Source of the DNA: Cyanobacteria bacterium auto_48_18
GTDB taxonomy: Bacteria; Cyanobacteriota; Vampirovibrionia; Obscuribacterales; Obscuribacteraceae
Length of the DNA stretch: 64,000 bases
Assembly: GCA_036170915.1 (NCBI GenBank)
Contig: JAVHQC010000010.1
Span: forward strand, 96,001 to 160,000
Direction of reading: 5' to 3'
Made by a program: the position numbers and the translations under genes. Shown one piece after another: positions 51,379 to 60,948 of the stretch; positions within the stretch are counted from its first letter, which is position 1; each line of letters starts with the position of its first letter. The notes under the pieces are model-generated. The model saw only the letters and a list, made by a program, of their open reading frames with translations, made no database searches and was not told where the DNA came from.

Positions 51379-51401
51379 TTGCCAAAATTATCTTTTGGCA
51401 A
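51379..51401. promoter_or_regulatory. Perfect 9-bp inverted repeat upstream of the efflux operon (candidate operator)
   Basis: TTGCCAAAA-ttatc-TTTTGGCAA. Confidence 0.5.
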
Positions 51402-51429
51402 TGACACAACCGAAGAAAAATTCGTTGGT

Positions 51430-52608
51430 CTACAAAATCATTTTCACAAGCCTGGCAAGAAGTTCATCAAAGGGATAAACAGTAAGCAAAAGTGGTGAGA
51501 AGGGAAGCAACGATGCCACCGCGTAAGCAATCACTGTTCCTTTGGTGATAATTACTGATTTCATTGACTGCACTACAGCAAAACTGTTTGAAAGATCTGC
51601 CAGCGATTGAATATCAGCGCTACCCAGCAAAGGCTCATCGTCAGACCTTTTACCAGTAATCCATTTTTCGTGAAAATCAGTTGTATATCGATTAGCAAGG
51701 GCGCCATACTCAAGCAGGCCTCTCCTTTTGCAATCAATCAATTTGGGTGAAAATGCCAGTGAGGGAATCAAAAATATTACTGGTGCAAGCAACACCACGG
51801 TGAAAATCAAATATTTGAAAGAGCCTAGTTTAGCGCCTTCGAAAACTATTTCTTCACCGACAAAACTGGCGGCCTGTGCAGCTAGAGCAAAATATAAAAT
51901 GGCAAAATTAGTTTGGGCCACCGAAATGAAACCAAGCCCGCCCATGCGATCAGGATGCGTTGGTGTCACCCGCAGTGCCAGCCTCGAAGTGCGAATAAGC
52001 AACTGAGTCCAGATAACATATTTCCACAGCCACCTAAACCAGAGCAAAGCAATCATCGGCTTAGCAACATACAAATACCAGAGAAAAGCCGCTGTTGGTG
52101 CGGTTCCTGTATCAGTAGCAACCATGCGCCATGAGGTAACATCTTCTGAAAGATTGAGGTTGCCCACGTGCGGACGAATGAATGCCAGCAAAATCAGCAG
52201 AAGTTCTACGCCGACTGAATTTTTATCCTTCACCGCAAGAGCAACATTGTGCTTAAACTTTTCAATATCGGCTTCTGGTAACAACGTACGGAAATTTGCT
52301 GTGACGTAACCCACCCACGGATCGATAATGCTCTCTGCAATGATCAAAAGTGGCAAAACCAGCACAAAGCGACATGCTTCAGAAAAATCGTAAAGAAACG
52401 GCACCTTGAGCGCCGGCGTAATGAAGGTGCCTTGCGAAATAGTTATGAGCGCCAGGGGCACCCAGCTAAGAGCAAAGAAAAATAAAATTCGCAACGCAAT
52501 TCCGGTACGCCCGCTGCGTGCAACGCCGGCTTTCACAAGCAAGCCGTAAAGCGGACCGCCACTGAGAAAAGACGAATCAAAATCACCCAGGGTAATATCT
52601 TTACTCAT
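51430..52608 (-). CDS. Multi-pass hypothetical membrane protein
   Basis: About 7 TM segments; HPDRMGGLGF and LGSADIQSLADL conserved-looking loops; ATGA overlap with the DUF2252 gene. Confidence 0.8.
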   Translation of the reverse strand: MSKDITLGDFDSSFLSGGPLYGLLVKAGVARSGRTGIALRILFFFALSWVPLALITISQGTFITPALKVPFLYDFSEACRFVLVLPLLIIAESIIDPWVGYVTANFRTLLPEADIEKFKHNVALAVKDKNSVGVELLLILLAFIRPHVGNLNLSEDVTSWRMVATDTGTAPTAAFLWYLYVAKPMIALLWFRWLWKYVIWTQLLIRTSRLALRVTPTHPDRMGGLGFISVAQTNFAILYFALAAQAASFVGEEIVFEGAKLGSFKYLIFTVVLLAPVIFLIPSLAFSPKLIDCKRRGLLEYGALANRYTTDFHEKWITGKRSDDEPLLGSADIQSLADLSNSFAVVQSMKSVIITKGTVIAYAVASLLPFSPLLLTVYPFDELLARLVKMIL

Positions 52609-53960
52609 GTCAAGACGCCAGCTTCAGTGGGAAGCCTTTTCGATAGGCATGCTTCGACAAAGAGCTTGTAATCTATGTCTGTCTGTTCTGCATAACACAA
52701 CGCGTAATCAGAGATGGCAGTAGCAAATTTTTCGCTGGTGCCTGTATATTCGCTAATTGCCCTGGCTGCACCAGATTTAGCATGCGCCTTTGCCAATACT
52801 TTGCCGGCAAATCTGGAAATATCCAACACTGTCGACTTTGTCCACATGGCTGGATTGGGTGACAATTTCACATCACGAAGTTGCCGCAGGTAAAAATGTC
52901 GTTCATTGGTGCCGGTAGTCCAACCGAGAAACATATCGCTAGCAGACTGCATCAATCTCTGACCAATAACCACGCGCTCTCCGTGATGCTCAAATACGCT
53001 CTCACCCAGATACGGCTCGAGAACAGACTTATTTGCTTCCTTGACTTGAAGCACGAGCAAGTCGTCATTGCCGCTTACCAGTAAAACTACTCCGCAATAC
53101 GTGCCCACGCTGCCTGTACCAACAACTTTTCTCGCAAGATCTACGATCTCAAAATGGTTTAGAAGGCTTCGTCTATCAGCCGAAAGCGTCTGGAGATAAG
53201 CAGCATATGCCTTACGCACATTTTGCATCTCAAGATCTTCAGTGTGATAAAGCAGCGGTGGAATATCTTTAAAACGCCAGCTGCCAGCTTTTTTCTCGAC
53301 CACTTTCTGATGCAGAACCTCTGGCGAAGATTTTATCAGTTCTTTATCAAGGTACTTTCGAACTCGCTCACGGTCCTCTTTTCTCGAAGACTTGTCGACC
53401 ATCGTGTGAAAATCAAGCTTTGAAAACCACACATCAAGTAATCGTTCGGTGGCATGCTTGGCCATTTCTTTCTGATAGGAGCGCGTCAGCTCAAAAGCTG
53501 CCTTCTCACCAGTTTTTGCAGAGAGGCCAACCGAATTTGAGGCAATAACAAGACTGGCAGCAAGACGCTTTAAGTCCCACTCGAACGGCGCAGGATGGGT
53601 TTCGTCAAAATCATTGAAATCGACAATGACATTGCGCTCCGGTGTAGCAAATGCTCCAAAATTTAAAATATGACAGTCGCCACAACATTGAACGGTGATA
53701 CCAGAATTAGATTCAAAGGCCAGATCATTGGCCATTAATGCTGCAGCACCCCGATAAAAAGTAAAAGGTGAGACCATCATTCGACTGTGCCTGATCGGCA
53801 CTAGAGCCTGGTCGCGACCTTCATTAGTCTGCTCAATAATCTTAACCGGGTCGCGCTTGCTGCGAGCCTGAGGCACCGTAGGACCGGCTTTGTGACCTGA
53901 CGCATTATCAGTTTGATGGTGATGCCTGCCGTGATGCTGCTTTTGTTTAGCCTTAGCCAT
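52605..53960 (-). CDS. DUF2252 family protein (kinase-like fold)
   Basis: RMMVSPFTFYRGAA, CGDCHILNFG, DFNDFDE, PFEWDLKRL, VVGTGSVG, FYLRQLRD. Confidence 0.92.
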   Translation of the reverse strand: MAKAKQKQHHGRHHHQTDNASGHKAGPTVPQARSKRDPVKIIEQTNEGRDQALVPIRHSRMMVSPFTFYRGAAALMANDLAFESNSGITVQCCGDCHILNFGAFATPERNVIVDFNDFDETHPAPFEWDLKRLAASLVIASNSVGLSAKTGEKAAFELTRSYQKEMAKHATERLLDVWFSKLDFHTMVDKSSRKEDRERVRKYLDKELIKSSPEVLHQKVVEKKAGSWRFKDIPPLLYHTEDLEMQNVRKAYAAYLQTLSADRRSLLNHFEIVDLARKVVGTGSVGTYCGVVLLVSGNDDLLVLQVKEANKSVLEPYLGESVFEHHGERVVIGQRLMQSASDMFLGWTTGTNERHFYLRQLRDVKLSPNPAMWTKSTVLDISRFAGKVLAKAHAKSGAARAISEYTGTSEKFATAISDYALCYAEQTDIDYKLFVEACLSKRLPTEAGVLT

Positions 53961-54104
53961 AAAATTGCCCTTACTGAAGTTCTTCAAGATAGCAATAAAC
54001 CATTGTCAGGTAGCATTCTGAATGTAAAAATTGTCACTGGAGCTTTGCTATAGCGCAGCAGATTCCAAGCACTTGTCTCCCTAGGCATCCCTGAGGATTC
54101 GATT

Positions 54105-55046
54105 TTGAATTGTGGCGCACAAAAGTTTTTGATTTACTGTCAGGTAGCCCTGGTGTTGATAATGGTGGCAACTCGGCCAGCCAGTGCTGCCGATAAGGTC
54201 ACCTACTTCAAAGTTGACTTTCCAATCACCAAAGATCCCATAGCTGAAATTAGCTATTCGTTGAGAGATGCTCAAGGCAAGCATCGATTCAGCAAACGAG
54301 CATCAGGCAGATTTACCTTACCAAAAAATGTTGGTCTGACTATCGAATTGCGGCCCGGAATTGTCACGACTCCAACTCTGCTGCGTCAATTATTGCCAGG
54401 CAGGGTGGTAGAAATAAATGCAAACGCTATTGAATTTGGCGACGAACAATTGAAGTATCTGCTCGATTTTCGCAAAATTAAAAAGCTCAGTCTGCGCGGA
54501 ACAGACATAACTGATAAAGCGTTGACTACGGTTGGAACTTTTAGCAATCTAGCCTATCTGAGACTAGATGCGACGTTGCTCACCGGAAAAACATTTTCTG
54601 ATCTACTACCACTGACTAAGCTCGTGAGATTAGATCTGTCTGGCACAAATTTAGAGCGTGGTAGTGTGACAAAACTAAAACCGCTATTTCCGCAGTTGGA
54701 GAATTTGGCCATTAAGAGGTGCCGTTTAACACAGTCGGACATGCCTGCTCTGAACGCCCTGACCAATATCGAGGATCTCGATCTTAGCGCAAATAAAGAA
54801 GTGAACGATGCTAGTTTGAAAAACTTAGTTGGCCTTAAAAAGCTGAGAAAGCTCAATATCGATGAAACATCGATCACGTTCAAAGCACTGGATACTTTGA
54901 AGAGCATGCCGGCTTTGAAGGAAGTCGTGGTGCGTGGCAAGCAGTTTGGTGAGAGAAACTACAAGGCATATTGTCCAGCAATAACTTTTATTGATCCTGC
55001 AGGAAAAAGAGATGTGCCAGTGGAAATTTTTGCACCACTGCATTAA
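54105..55046 (+). CDS. Exported leucine-rich repeat protein (paralogue of 25312-26280)
   Basis: Signal peptide ending ASA; LxxLxLxGT repeats; C-terminal IFAPLH. Confidence 0.88.
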   Translation: MNCGAQKFLIYCQVALVLIMVATRPASAADKVTYFKVDFPITKDPIAEISYSLRDAQGKHRFSKRASGRFTLPKNVGLTIELRPGIVTTPTLLRQLLPGRVVEINANAIEFGDEQLKYLLDFRKIKKLSLRGTDITDKALTTVGTFSNLAYLRLDATLLTGKTFSDLLPLTKLVRLDLSGTNLERGSVTKLKPLFPQLENLAIKRCRLTQSDMPALNALTNIEDLDLSANKEVNDASLKNLVGLKKLRKLNIDETSITFKALDTLKSMPALKEVVVRGKQFGERNYKAYCPAITFIDPAGKRDVPVEIFAPLH

Positions 55047-55215
55047 TCCAAATTACGCACGATTCAGAATTTAAATCTTAATCGCTGTAACACTTATTTG
55101 TGCAGCACACTACAAACACCAGCCCCCTATGTCAAAACCAGACATATGGCGCTTATAAGCCAGTAAATTGACTTTTTATCTTCCCAGATAACACACAGTA
55201 AGGTCTATTCGTGCC

Positions 55216-56376
55216 ATGCTAGTCATTATAGCTAACGGAAAGCGCAGCTCATCAGGATTGACATTGTCAACTTTACCCCAGACGCTCTTGCACACTATCG
55301 AATCAATATTTCAAGAAATTGGCCTGGGAATTATCGCCACAGACCAGAACGGTGCGCTCATATTCGCCAATCCAGCGGCCTCAGCAATTCTTGGTATCGA
55401 AGGTAATTTAGTTTCGCTGGACAACTGGGTCGAACATTACGGCATTTTTTCTTCTGATGGAATTACGATTTGTTCGCAAAAGGACTCACCGCTAGCCAGG
55501 GCGCTTGCAGGTGAAGAGGCCAACGATCAGCAATTTCTGATTCAAAACAAGTTGGGCGCCGGCAGGTCACTATGGTGCAGCATTAACCTAAAACCACTGC
55601 GGGCCGACAGTGGTGAAGTAAGCGGAGCGCTCTTGCTCTTTCAAGACATTAGCGACAGAAAAAAACTCGCAGAAGAAGTAGCGCGTTCAAACATGGCATT
55701 GCAACAGTTTGCTACCGTCGCCGCTCACGATTTACAAGAGCCACTGCGCTCAATTGCAGGCTTTGCAGACATGCTGGCAGAGTACCAATCAGAACAACTA
55801 GATGAAAAGTCAAAGCGCTGTATGGGCAAGATCAAGGGTGGAGTTACGCGTATGCAAACTCTTATCAATGATCTTCTCGACTATTCTCGAATTCAGACAA
55901 AACCACAAATTCTGCGATTAACAGATTGCAACGCGATCATGAATTCCTGCATCAAAAGTTTGGACGCAAGTATCACTGAACACAAAGCCACTATCAATAT
56001 TGAGTCATTGCCGACAATCATGGCCGATGCCTCCCAAATTTCACAACTTTTGCAAAACCTTGTCGGCAACGCACTTAAATTTACTGCAGCTGACAGACTG
56101 CCGGTAATTACCATCTCAGCACAGCGGCAAGCCGCATATTGGAAATTTACGGTAAAAGACAACGGCATAGGGATCGCACCAGAATTTGCTACGCGAGTGT
56201 TTAGAATTTTCCAGCGGTTGCATACGGCCACTGCCTACCCCGGCACGGGAATTGGGCTGGCCATTTGCCAGACCATTGTAGAGAGGCATGGAGGTCGAAT
56301 TTGGCTGGAATCGGAACCAGGTGTTGGTTCAACTTTTCATTTTACTATTGCCGAACTCAGAAAAAATAAACCATGA
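55216..56376 (+). CDS. PAS sensor histidine kinase (Cph1-like kinase core)
   Basis: PAS (NPAA...QDISDRK), AAHDLQEPLR, NLVGNALKF, DNGIG, GTGIGL. Confidence 0.94.
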   Translation: MLVIIANGKRSSSGLTLSTLPQTLLHTIESIFQEIGLGIIATDQNGALIFANPAASAILGIEGNLVSLDNWVEHYGIFSSDGITICSQKDSPLARALAGEEANDQQFLIQNKLGAGRSLWCSINLKPLRADSGEVSGALLLFQDISDRKKLAEEVARSNMALQQFATVAAHDLQEPLRSIAGFADMLAEYQSEQLDEKSKRCMGKIKGGVTRMQTLINDLLDYSRIQTKPQILRLTDCNAIMNSCIKSLDASITEHKATINIESLPTIMADASQISQLLQNLVGNALKFTAADRLPVITISAQRQAAYWKFTVKDNGIGIAPEFATRVFRIFQRLHTATAYPGTGIGLAICQTIVERHGGRIWLESEPGVGSTFHFTIAELRKNKP

Positions 56377-56807
56377 CAGAACTAGTAAATATTTTGATTG
56401 TTGACGACAGCGCAGACGACATTGAGTTCACGCTTGCGGCCTTCCAGGGTACCAAACTAGCTAACACTATCAGCATAGTGAATGACGGCGTAGAAGCAAT
56501 GGCATTTTTGCGAAGAGAAGGTCAGTATGCTTCAGCACCAGAACCATCCTTAGTATTACTCGATTTGAATATGCCAAAGAAAGATGGACGAGAAGTGTTA
56601 TCTGAGATGAAAGCAGATCCTGAATTAAAACACATTCCTGTAGTGATTTTAACAACATCTAAAGCAGAAGAAGACATTATTCGTTCTTACGATCTGCACG
56701 CCAATTGCTACATAACCAAACCAGTTGATCTAAAAGGAATAGCAGAAATCGTGAAATCGATTGACGAATTTTGGTTTGGCGTAGTGCGACTACCGCCGGT
56801 GAGGTGA
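56373..56807 (+). CDS. Single-domain response regulator, Rcp1-like
   Basis: IVDD, LLDLNMPKKDGREVL, ILTTS, ANCYITKP, FWF. Confidence 0.95.
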   Translation: MTELVNILIVDDSADDIEFTLAAFQGTKLANTISIVNDGVEAMAFLRREGQYASAPEPSLVLLDLNMPKKDGREVLSEMKADPELKHIPVVILTTSKAEEDIIRSYDLHANCYITKPVDLKGIAEIVKSIDEFWFGVVRLPPVR

Positions 56808-56809
56808 CT

Positions 56810-59071
56810 ATGCAAAACACACGCATCGGTAACAATATGCCTTCCTGCTCGATTCTTTTTGTCGAAGACAACGTTGATGATTTTGAACTGATAGAGCATC
56901 AGCTAAAAAGCGATCATCAGGAAGGCCTGACGATTAAGCACTGCGATTCTCTTGCTTCTGCTCTCGGGCTTCTAAAGCAAGGTGGAATTGATATTATCCT
57001 TCTAGACCTCTCACTTCCTGACAGCCAGGGCATCGCGACTGTCAAAGAAGTACGGCAAGCCGCTCCTACTGTTCCCATAATTGTTTTAAGCGGAACTACT
57101 GATAGTGCTGTCGCCTTTGAATCTTTGAAGTATGGTGCCGAAGATTATTTGCTCAAAGACGCTTCAGACTTGCGCTCCTTAAACCGCTCAATTAACTATG
57201 CCCTGACAAGAAACGAGGCAAGAGCATCTAATGAAAGGCTGGCAACCATAGTGGAGGCCTCTGACGATGCGATTATCGGCAAAACACTAAACGGAACAAT
57301 CACCAGCTGGAACAAAGGAGCGTCTTTACTTTTTGGTTATAGCGCAGAAGAGGCCACCGGACAATCAATTTCAATGCTCATGCCCACAGAGTTAAGCACT
57401 GAAATGCAACTGATTCTAGAGGCCATTGCTAAGGGTGAAACTATCCGTAACCGCGAAACAGTGCGCGTTAACAAAAGCGGCGAGCGTATTGACATTTCGG
57501 CGACAATATCGCCAATCAGGAGCTCCAATGGCACCATAAGTGGTGCGGCCTCCATAGACCGTGACATCACAGATCGGCAAAAGGCTCAGCGAATACTTCA
57601 GGAAAGTGAGGAGCGCTATCGCCTCTTAGTCGCAGGCGTGAAGGATTATGCCATTTACATGCTTGACGCAAATGGTTTGGTAGAAAGCTGGAATGAAGGC
57701 GCCAAACAGATCAAGGGGTATGAAGCCACCGAAGTTATAGGCCAACATTTTTCTATTTTCTACACTGCAGAAGAACGCCAACTAGGCCTTCCCGAGGCTC
57801 ACCTAAAAACTGCAATAACCACTGGCAGGTACGAAGAGCAGTGCTGGCGCACACGCAAAAACGGGTCATTATTCTATGCTGATATAGTAATAGCACCGCT
57901 ATTCATGGCGTCTGGTGAGTTGCGCGGATTTACTAAAATCACTCGAGATATTTCTGAACGCAGATTGGCTCAGCTAGAAATTATCGATGCGAGATTAAGA
58001 TTAAGTCTGGCACTTCAAGCGGCATCTGTTGGAGTATGGGATTTTGATCTCGTGAAAAATACAGTGTGGCGCTCATTGCAACACGACGAAATTTTCGGTC
58101 ATCATGACCCTGTACCAGACTGGAACTTCGAAATTTTTGCAACTTATTGCCATCCAGAAGATCGCGAAGGCGCGAGGGAAGCATTTAAAAATGGATTGGA
58201 AACTGGAGATTTCAGGATGCAGTGCCGAATCGTGCGAGCTAATGACAGAGCCGTACGCTGGATTTCTGTACTTGGAGAAACATTTAAAAACGAACTTGGT
58301 GAGCCTATTCGAATGATGGGAACAGTGGCTGACATTACCGACTTTAAAAATCAAGAAGAGCATAAGTCTACGCTAGCACTAATGAATGAACGCGAAGACT
58401 TTATTGCCACTCTCACGCACGACATGAAAAATCCTCTCATGGGAGCCAATCGATTATTTGACTTTTTCATCGCCGGTAATTTTGGTGCCCTGAGCGATCA
58501 ACAGCTTGAAATTATGCAATGCCTTAAAGACAGCAACACTGATTTACTCAAGTTGATAGCCGATCTGATGGATGTTTACAGGATGGAGAAAGCTGCAAAC
58601 TCATTAACGATTGACACCTGCAACCTCGCAGAAATCATCACTACCTGCCTCAATCACATTATTCCCTTTAGCAAGCTTCGCTCGATCACAATCACGTCAG
58701 ACTGCCCAGAATCTCTAACCGTTAACGCCGACAAGAACAAACTCGAAAGAGTGATGCAAAACTTACTTGGCAATGCCTTAAAATTTGCTCCTGATGGAGG
58801 CACCATTAAAGTCAGACTGCTAAAGTCTAGCGAAAATACGATAATCGAAATAGAAGATAACGGAGCCGGCATCGAACCTGATGAGCTACCTCGTCTGTTT
58901 AAGCGCTTTTCGCAAGGTCATGCTGGACAACGATACAATGGGGGCACCGGTCTCGGGCTCTATTTATGCAAACAAATTGTCGAGGCTCATGGCGGAACAA
59001 TTGAATGCACCAGTGAGCCCAATCGCTTCACAATTTTTCGAGTCACTCTACCAACGCAGTTAAGGGTTTAG
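56810..59071 (+). CDS. Hybrid receiver-PAS-PAS-PAS-histidine kinase
   Basis: GAGGTG RBS then ATG 56810; LLDLSLPD receiver; three PAS/PAC domains; THDMKNP; NLLGNALKF; GTGLGL. Confidence 0.93.
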   Translation: MQNTRIGNNMPSCSILFVEDNVDDFELIEHQLKSDHQEGLTIKHCDSLASALGLLKQGGIDIILLDLSLPDSQGIATVKEVRQAAPTVPIIVLSGTTDSAVAFESLKYGAEDYLLKDASDLRSLNRSINYALTRNEARASNERLATIVEASDDAIIGKTLNGTITSWNKGASLLFGYSAEEATGQSISMLMPTELSTEMQLILEAIAKGETIRNRETVRVNKSGERIDISATISPIRSSNGTISGAASIDRDITDRQKAQRILQESEERYRLLVAGVKDYAIYMLDANGLVESWNEGAKQIKGYEATEVIGQHFSIFYTAEERQLGLPEAHLKTAITTGRYEEQCWRTRKNGSLFYADIVIAPLFMASGELRGFTKITRDISERRLAQLEIIDARLRLSLALQAASVGVWDFDLVKNTVWRSLQHDEIFGHHDPVPDWNFEIFATYCHPEDREGAREAFKNGLETGDFRMQCRIVRANDRAVRWISVLGETFKNELGEPIRMMGTVADITDFKNQEEHKSTLALMNEREDFIATLTHDMKNPLMGANRLFDFFIAGNFGALSDQQLEIMQCLKDSNTDLLKLIADLMDVYRMEKAANSLTIDTCNLAEIITTCLNHIIPFSKLRSITITSDCPESLTVNADKNKLERVMQNLLGNALKFAPDGGTIKVRLLKSSENTIIEIEDNGAGIEPDELPRLFKRFSQGHAGQRYNGGTGLGLYLCKQIVEAHGGTIECTSEPNRFTIFRVTLPTQLRV

Positions 59072-59078
59072 TGTTTCC

Positions 59079-59498
59079 GTGAGTAATGCAATTTCAATTT
59101 GTGAAAATCCAGGAGAGTGCAACCTGGTTCTCGTGGAAGACGACAAACTTCTTCTCATAGTGCTGGCATAGCAACTCAAAACAGCCGGATTTAAATTTTG
59201 TACAGCTGCAAATGGTCACGAGGCTCTGGCCCTTCTAAGGTCTCACCATCCAAAAGTTTTGATACTCGACGTTTCTTTGCCGGGGCTGACAGGGTTTGAC
59301 CTGGTCGAAAAAATTCGCACGGAGCCTGACCTTAGTGATTTAGCCACCACCAAAATCATTGTTCATACGTCGCGCGATTTAACTTCGGCTGAAGAAAATC
59401 GCCTCTCGCTGGGACACACCATTTTCATAACTAAGACAAAAGCATCATTTGAACTTGCTGCGATCGTTGCCCAGTGCTTTCAAGATAGCGCTGTATAG
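59079..59498 (+). pseudogene. Receiver-domain gene interrupted by an in-frame TAG at 59169-59171
   Basis: One frame reads ...LVLVEDDKLLLIVLA*QLKTAGFKFCTAANGHEAL...LILDVSLPGLTG. Confidence 0.8.
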
Positions 59499-59542
59499 CG
59501 CTGTATAAGCGTTGAAGGCATCATGGTTCACTCGCTTCCGTT

Positions 59543-59591
59543 AGCGGGAATCACCATTCTCGACTTACCCTGTTTCAGGTAAGCTTGAGGA
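59543..59591 (+). promoter_or_regulatory. Conserved leader, copy 1, upstream of TPR gene 1
   Basis: AGCGGGAATCACCATT...AGGTAAGCT, starting 49 bp before the ATG. Confidence 0.6.
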
Positions 59592-60890
59592 ATGAAGAGC
59601 CTTCAATACATTTGTCTCGCTATAGCGACCAGCGCCCTCACGTTGAGCGCACATCCGAGTGCTGCGAAGTCACCTCCTGCTACCGGCGATTCTCTGAACC
59701 GTAAAGGCAAATTGACAGCTAACAAGGTAGACATAGACCAAGCGTATGCCCATTTGCGACTTGGTGACAAGTTAAGCGCGGTGCATGACTGGCGCGGTGC
59801 AATAACTAGCTACTCACGCTCAATAGCTCACAATGCAATGTGTGGCCAGACGTACCTCATGAGAGCCGCGGCGCGCCAGGCTATTCGCGATTACTCAGGA
59901 GCAATTTCTGATTATACGCGTTGTAGACGCCTTGAACAGACAAACAGTGCTGCTCTGTGGGGGCGAGGCTATTGCCTGTCTAAAATAAATGACGAGACCG
60001 GAGCCATTGCTGAGTATTCGAAAGTGGTTGAGATGTACCCATACGGTGCGCTTAGCTATTTGCGACGCGGGGATGCCCTTGCCGGTTTCGGCAGAAATAA
60101 AGAGGCTATCCACGATTTTAATAGAGCAATAGAGCTAAATTCAAAAAATGCTGCAGTGTATTCATCTCGTGCGCTTGCCCGACACGCCACAGGCGATACA
60201 ACTGGCGGAATGAGCGATTTTGACGAGGCCATCCGTCTGGAGCCAAAAAATTGTTCTTATTATTGCCAGAGAGGATATTTTCGATCTAAGCACGGCAATA
60301 TACGAGGCGCGCTGGCCGATTACAACCATTCGATCTTGCTGAATCGGCACTATGGAGATGCTTATGCTGGACGAGGACTAATAAAGTCTGATATTGAAAA
60401 TAGCCACTCAAATGCTTTAGCCGAGTTCGACCGAGGTATTGCGGAAGCTCCCCAAAGCGCTATCTGCTATGACTATCGAGCTTACGAACATTTGATGTTG
60501 AAAAACTACCCAGCGGCAGTGCACGACTTTAACATGGCAGAAAAATTGCATCGCGATGTCTCAGCTCTTTATGTAGGCAGAGGTATCTGTCAATACAATT
60601 TGGGCAACTACAAAGCCTCACTGGCCGACCTGGATAAATCTATCGCAATGGGATTAGAATGCGGCACGGGTCACTATTACCGTGCGAAATGCCGCCTGCA
60701 TTTTGGTGACCACCTCGGTGCGGCTAGCGATTATAGTCTGGCTTGCAAACTATATCCTGCCTACGTCAAGCAACCGATTTTGGGTCTTAACACTTACACC
60801 GGTGTGGCGTGCGTCGACAAAACTATTGATGTGCTTGGTCAAGCCTTGAGACAGCTCCAATATTGTTTGATGAAGGCTTTTGGTCGATAG
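59592..60890 (+). CDS. Exported TPR-repeat protein
   Basis: Signal peptide; many YxxRG...AIxDYxxAI repeats. Confidence 0.92.
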   Translation: MKSLQYICLAIATSALTLSAHPSAAKSPPATGDSLNRKGKLTANKVDIDQAYAHLRLGDKLSAVHDWRGAITSYSRSIAHNAMCGQTYLMRAAARQAIRDYSGAISDYTRCRRLEQTNSAALWGRGYCLSKINDETGAIAEYSKVVEMYPYGALSYLRRGDALAGFGRNKEAIHDFNRAIELNSKNAAVYSSRALARHATGDTTGGMSDFDEAIRLEPKNCSYYCQRGYFRSKHGNIRGALADYNHSILLNRHYGDAYAGRGLIKSDIENSHSNALAEFDRGIAEAPQSAICYDYRAYEHLMLKNYPAAVHDFNMAEKLHRDVSALYVGRGICQYNLGNYKASLADLDKSIAMGLECGTGHYYRAKCRLHFGDHLGAASDYSLACKLYPAYVKQPILGLNTYTGVACVDKTIDVLGQALRQLQYCLMKAFGR

Positions 60891-60899
60891 CAGTGTGGC

Positions 60900-60948
60900 A
60901 GCGGGAATCACCATTTTCACCTTAAGCAAATTGAGGTAAGCTCGATCT
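60900..60948 (+). promoter_or_regulatory. Conserved leader, copy 2, upstream of TPR gene 2
   Basis: AGCGGGAATCACCATT...AGGTAAGCT, starting 49 bp before the ATG. Confidence 0.6.

Noticed and set aside
59169..59171. TAG reassignment or pyrrolysine usage
   Set aside because: tal, ogt, the sulfite oxidase and others end at TAG at their expected C-termini; no pyl genes in the window
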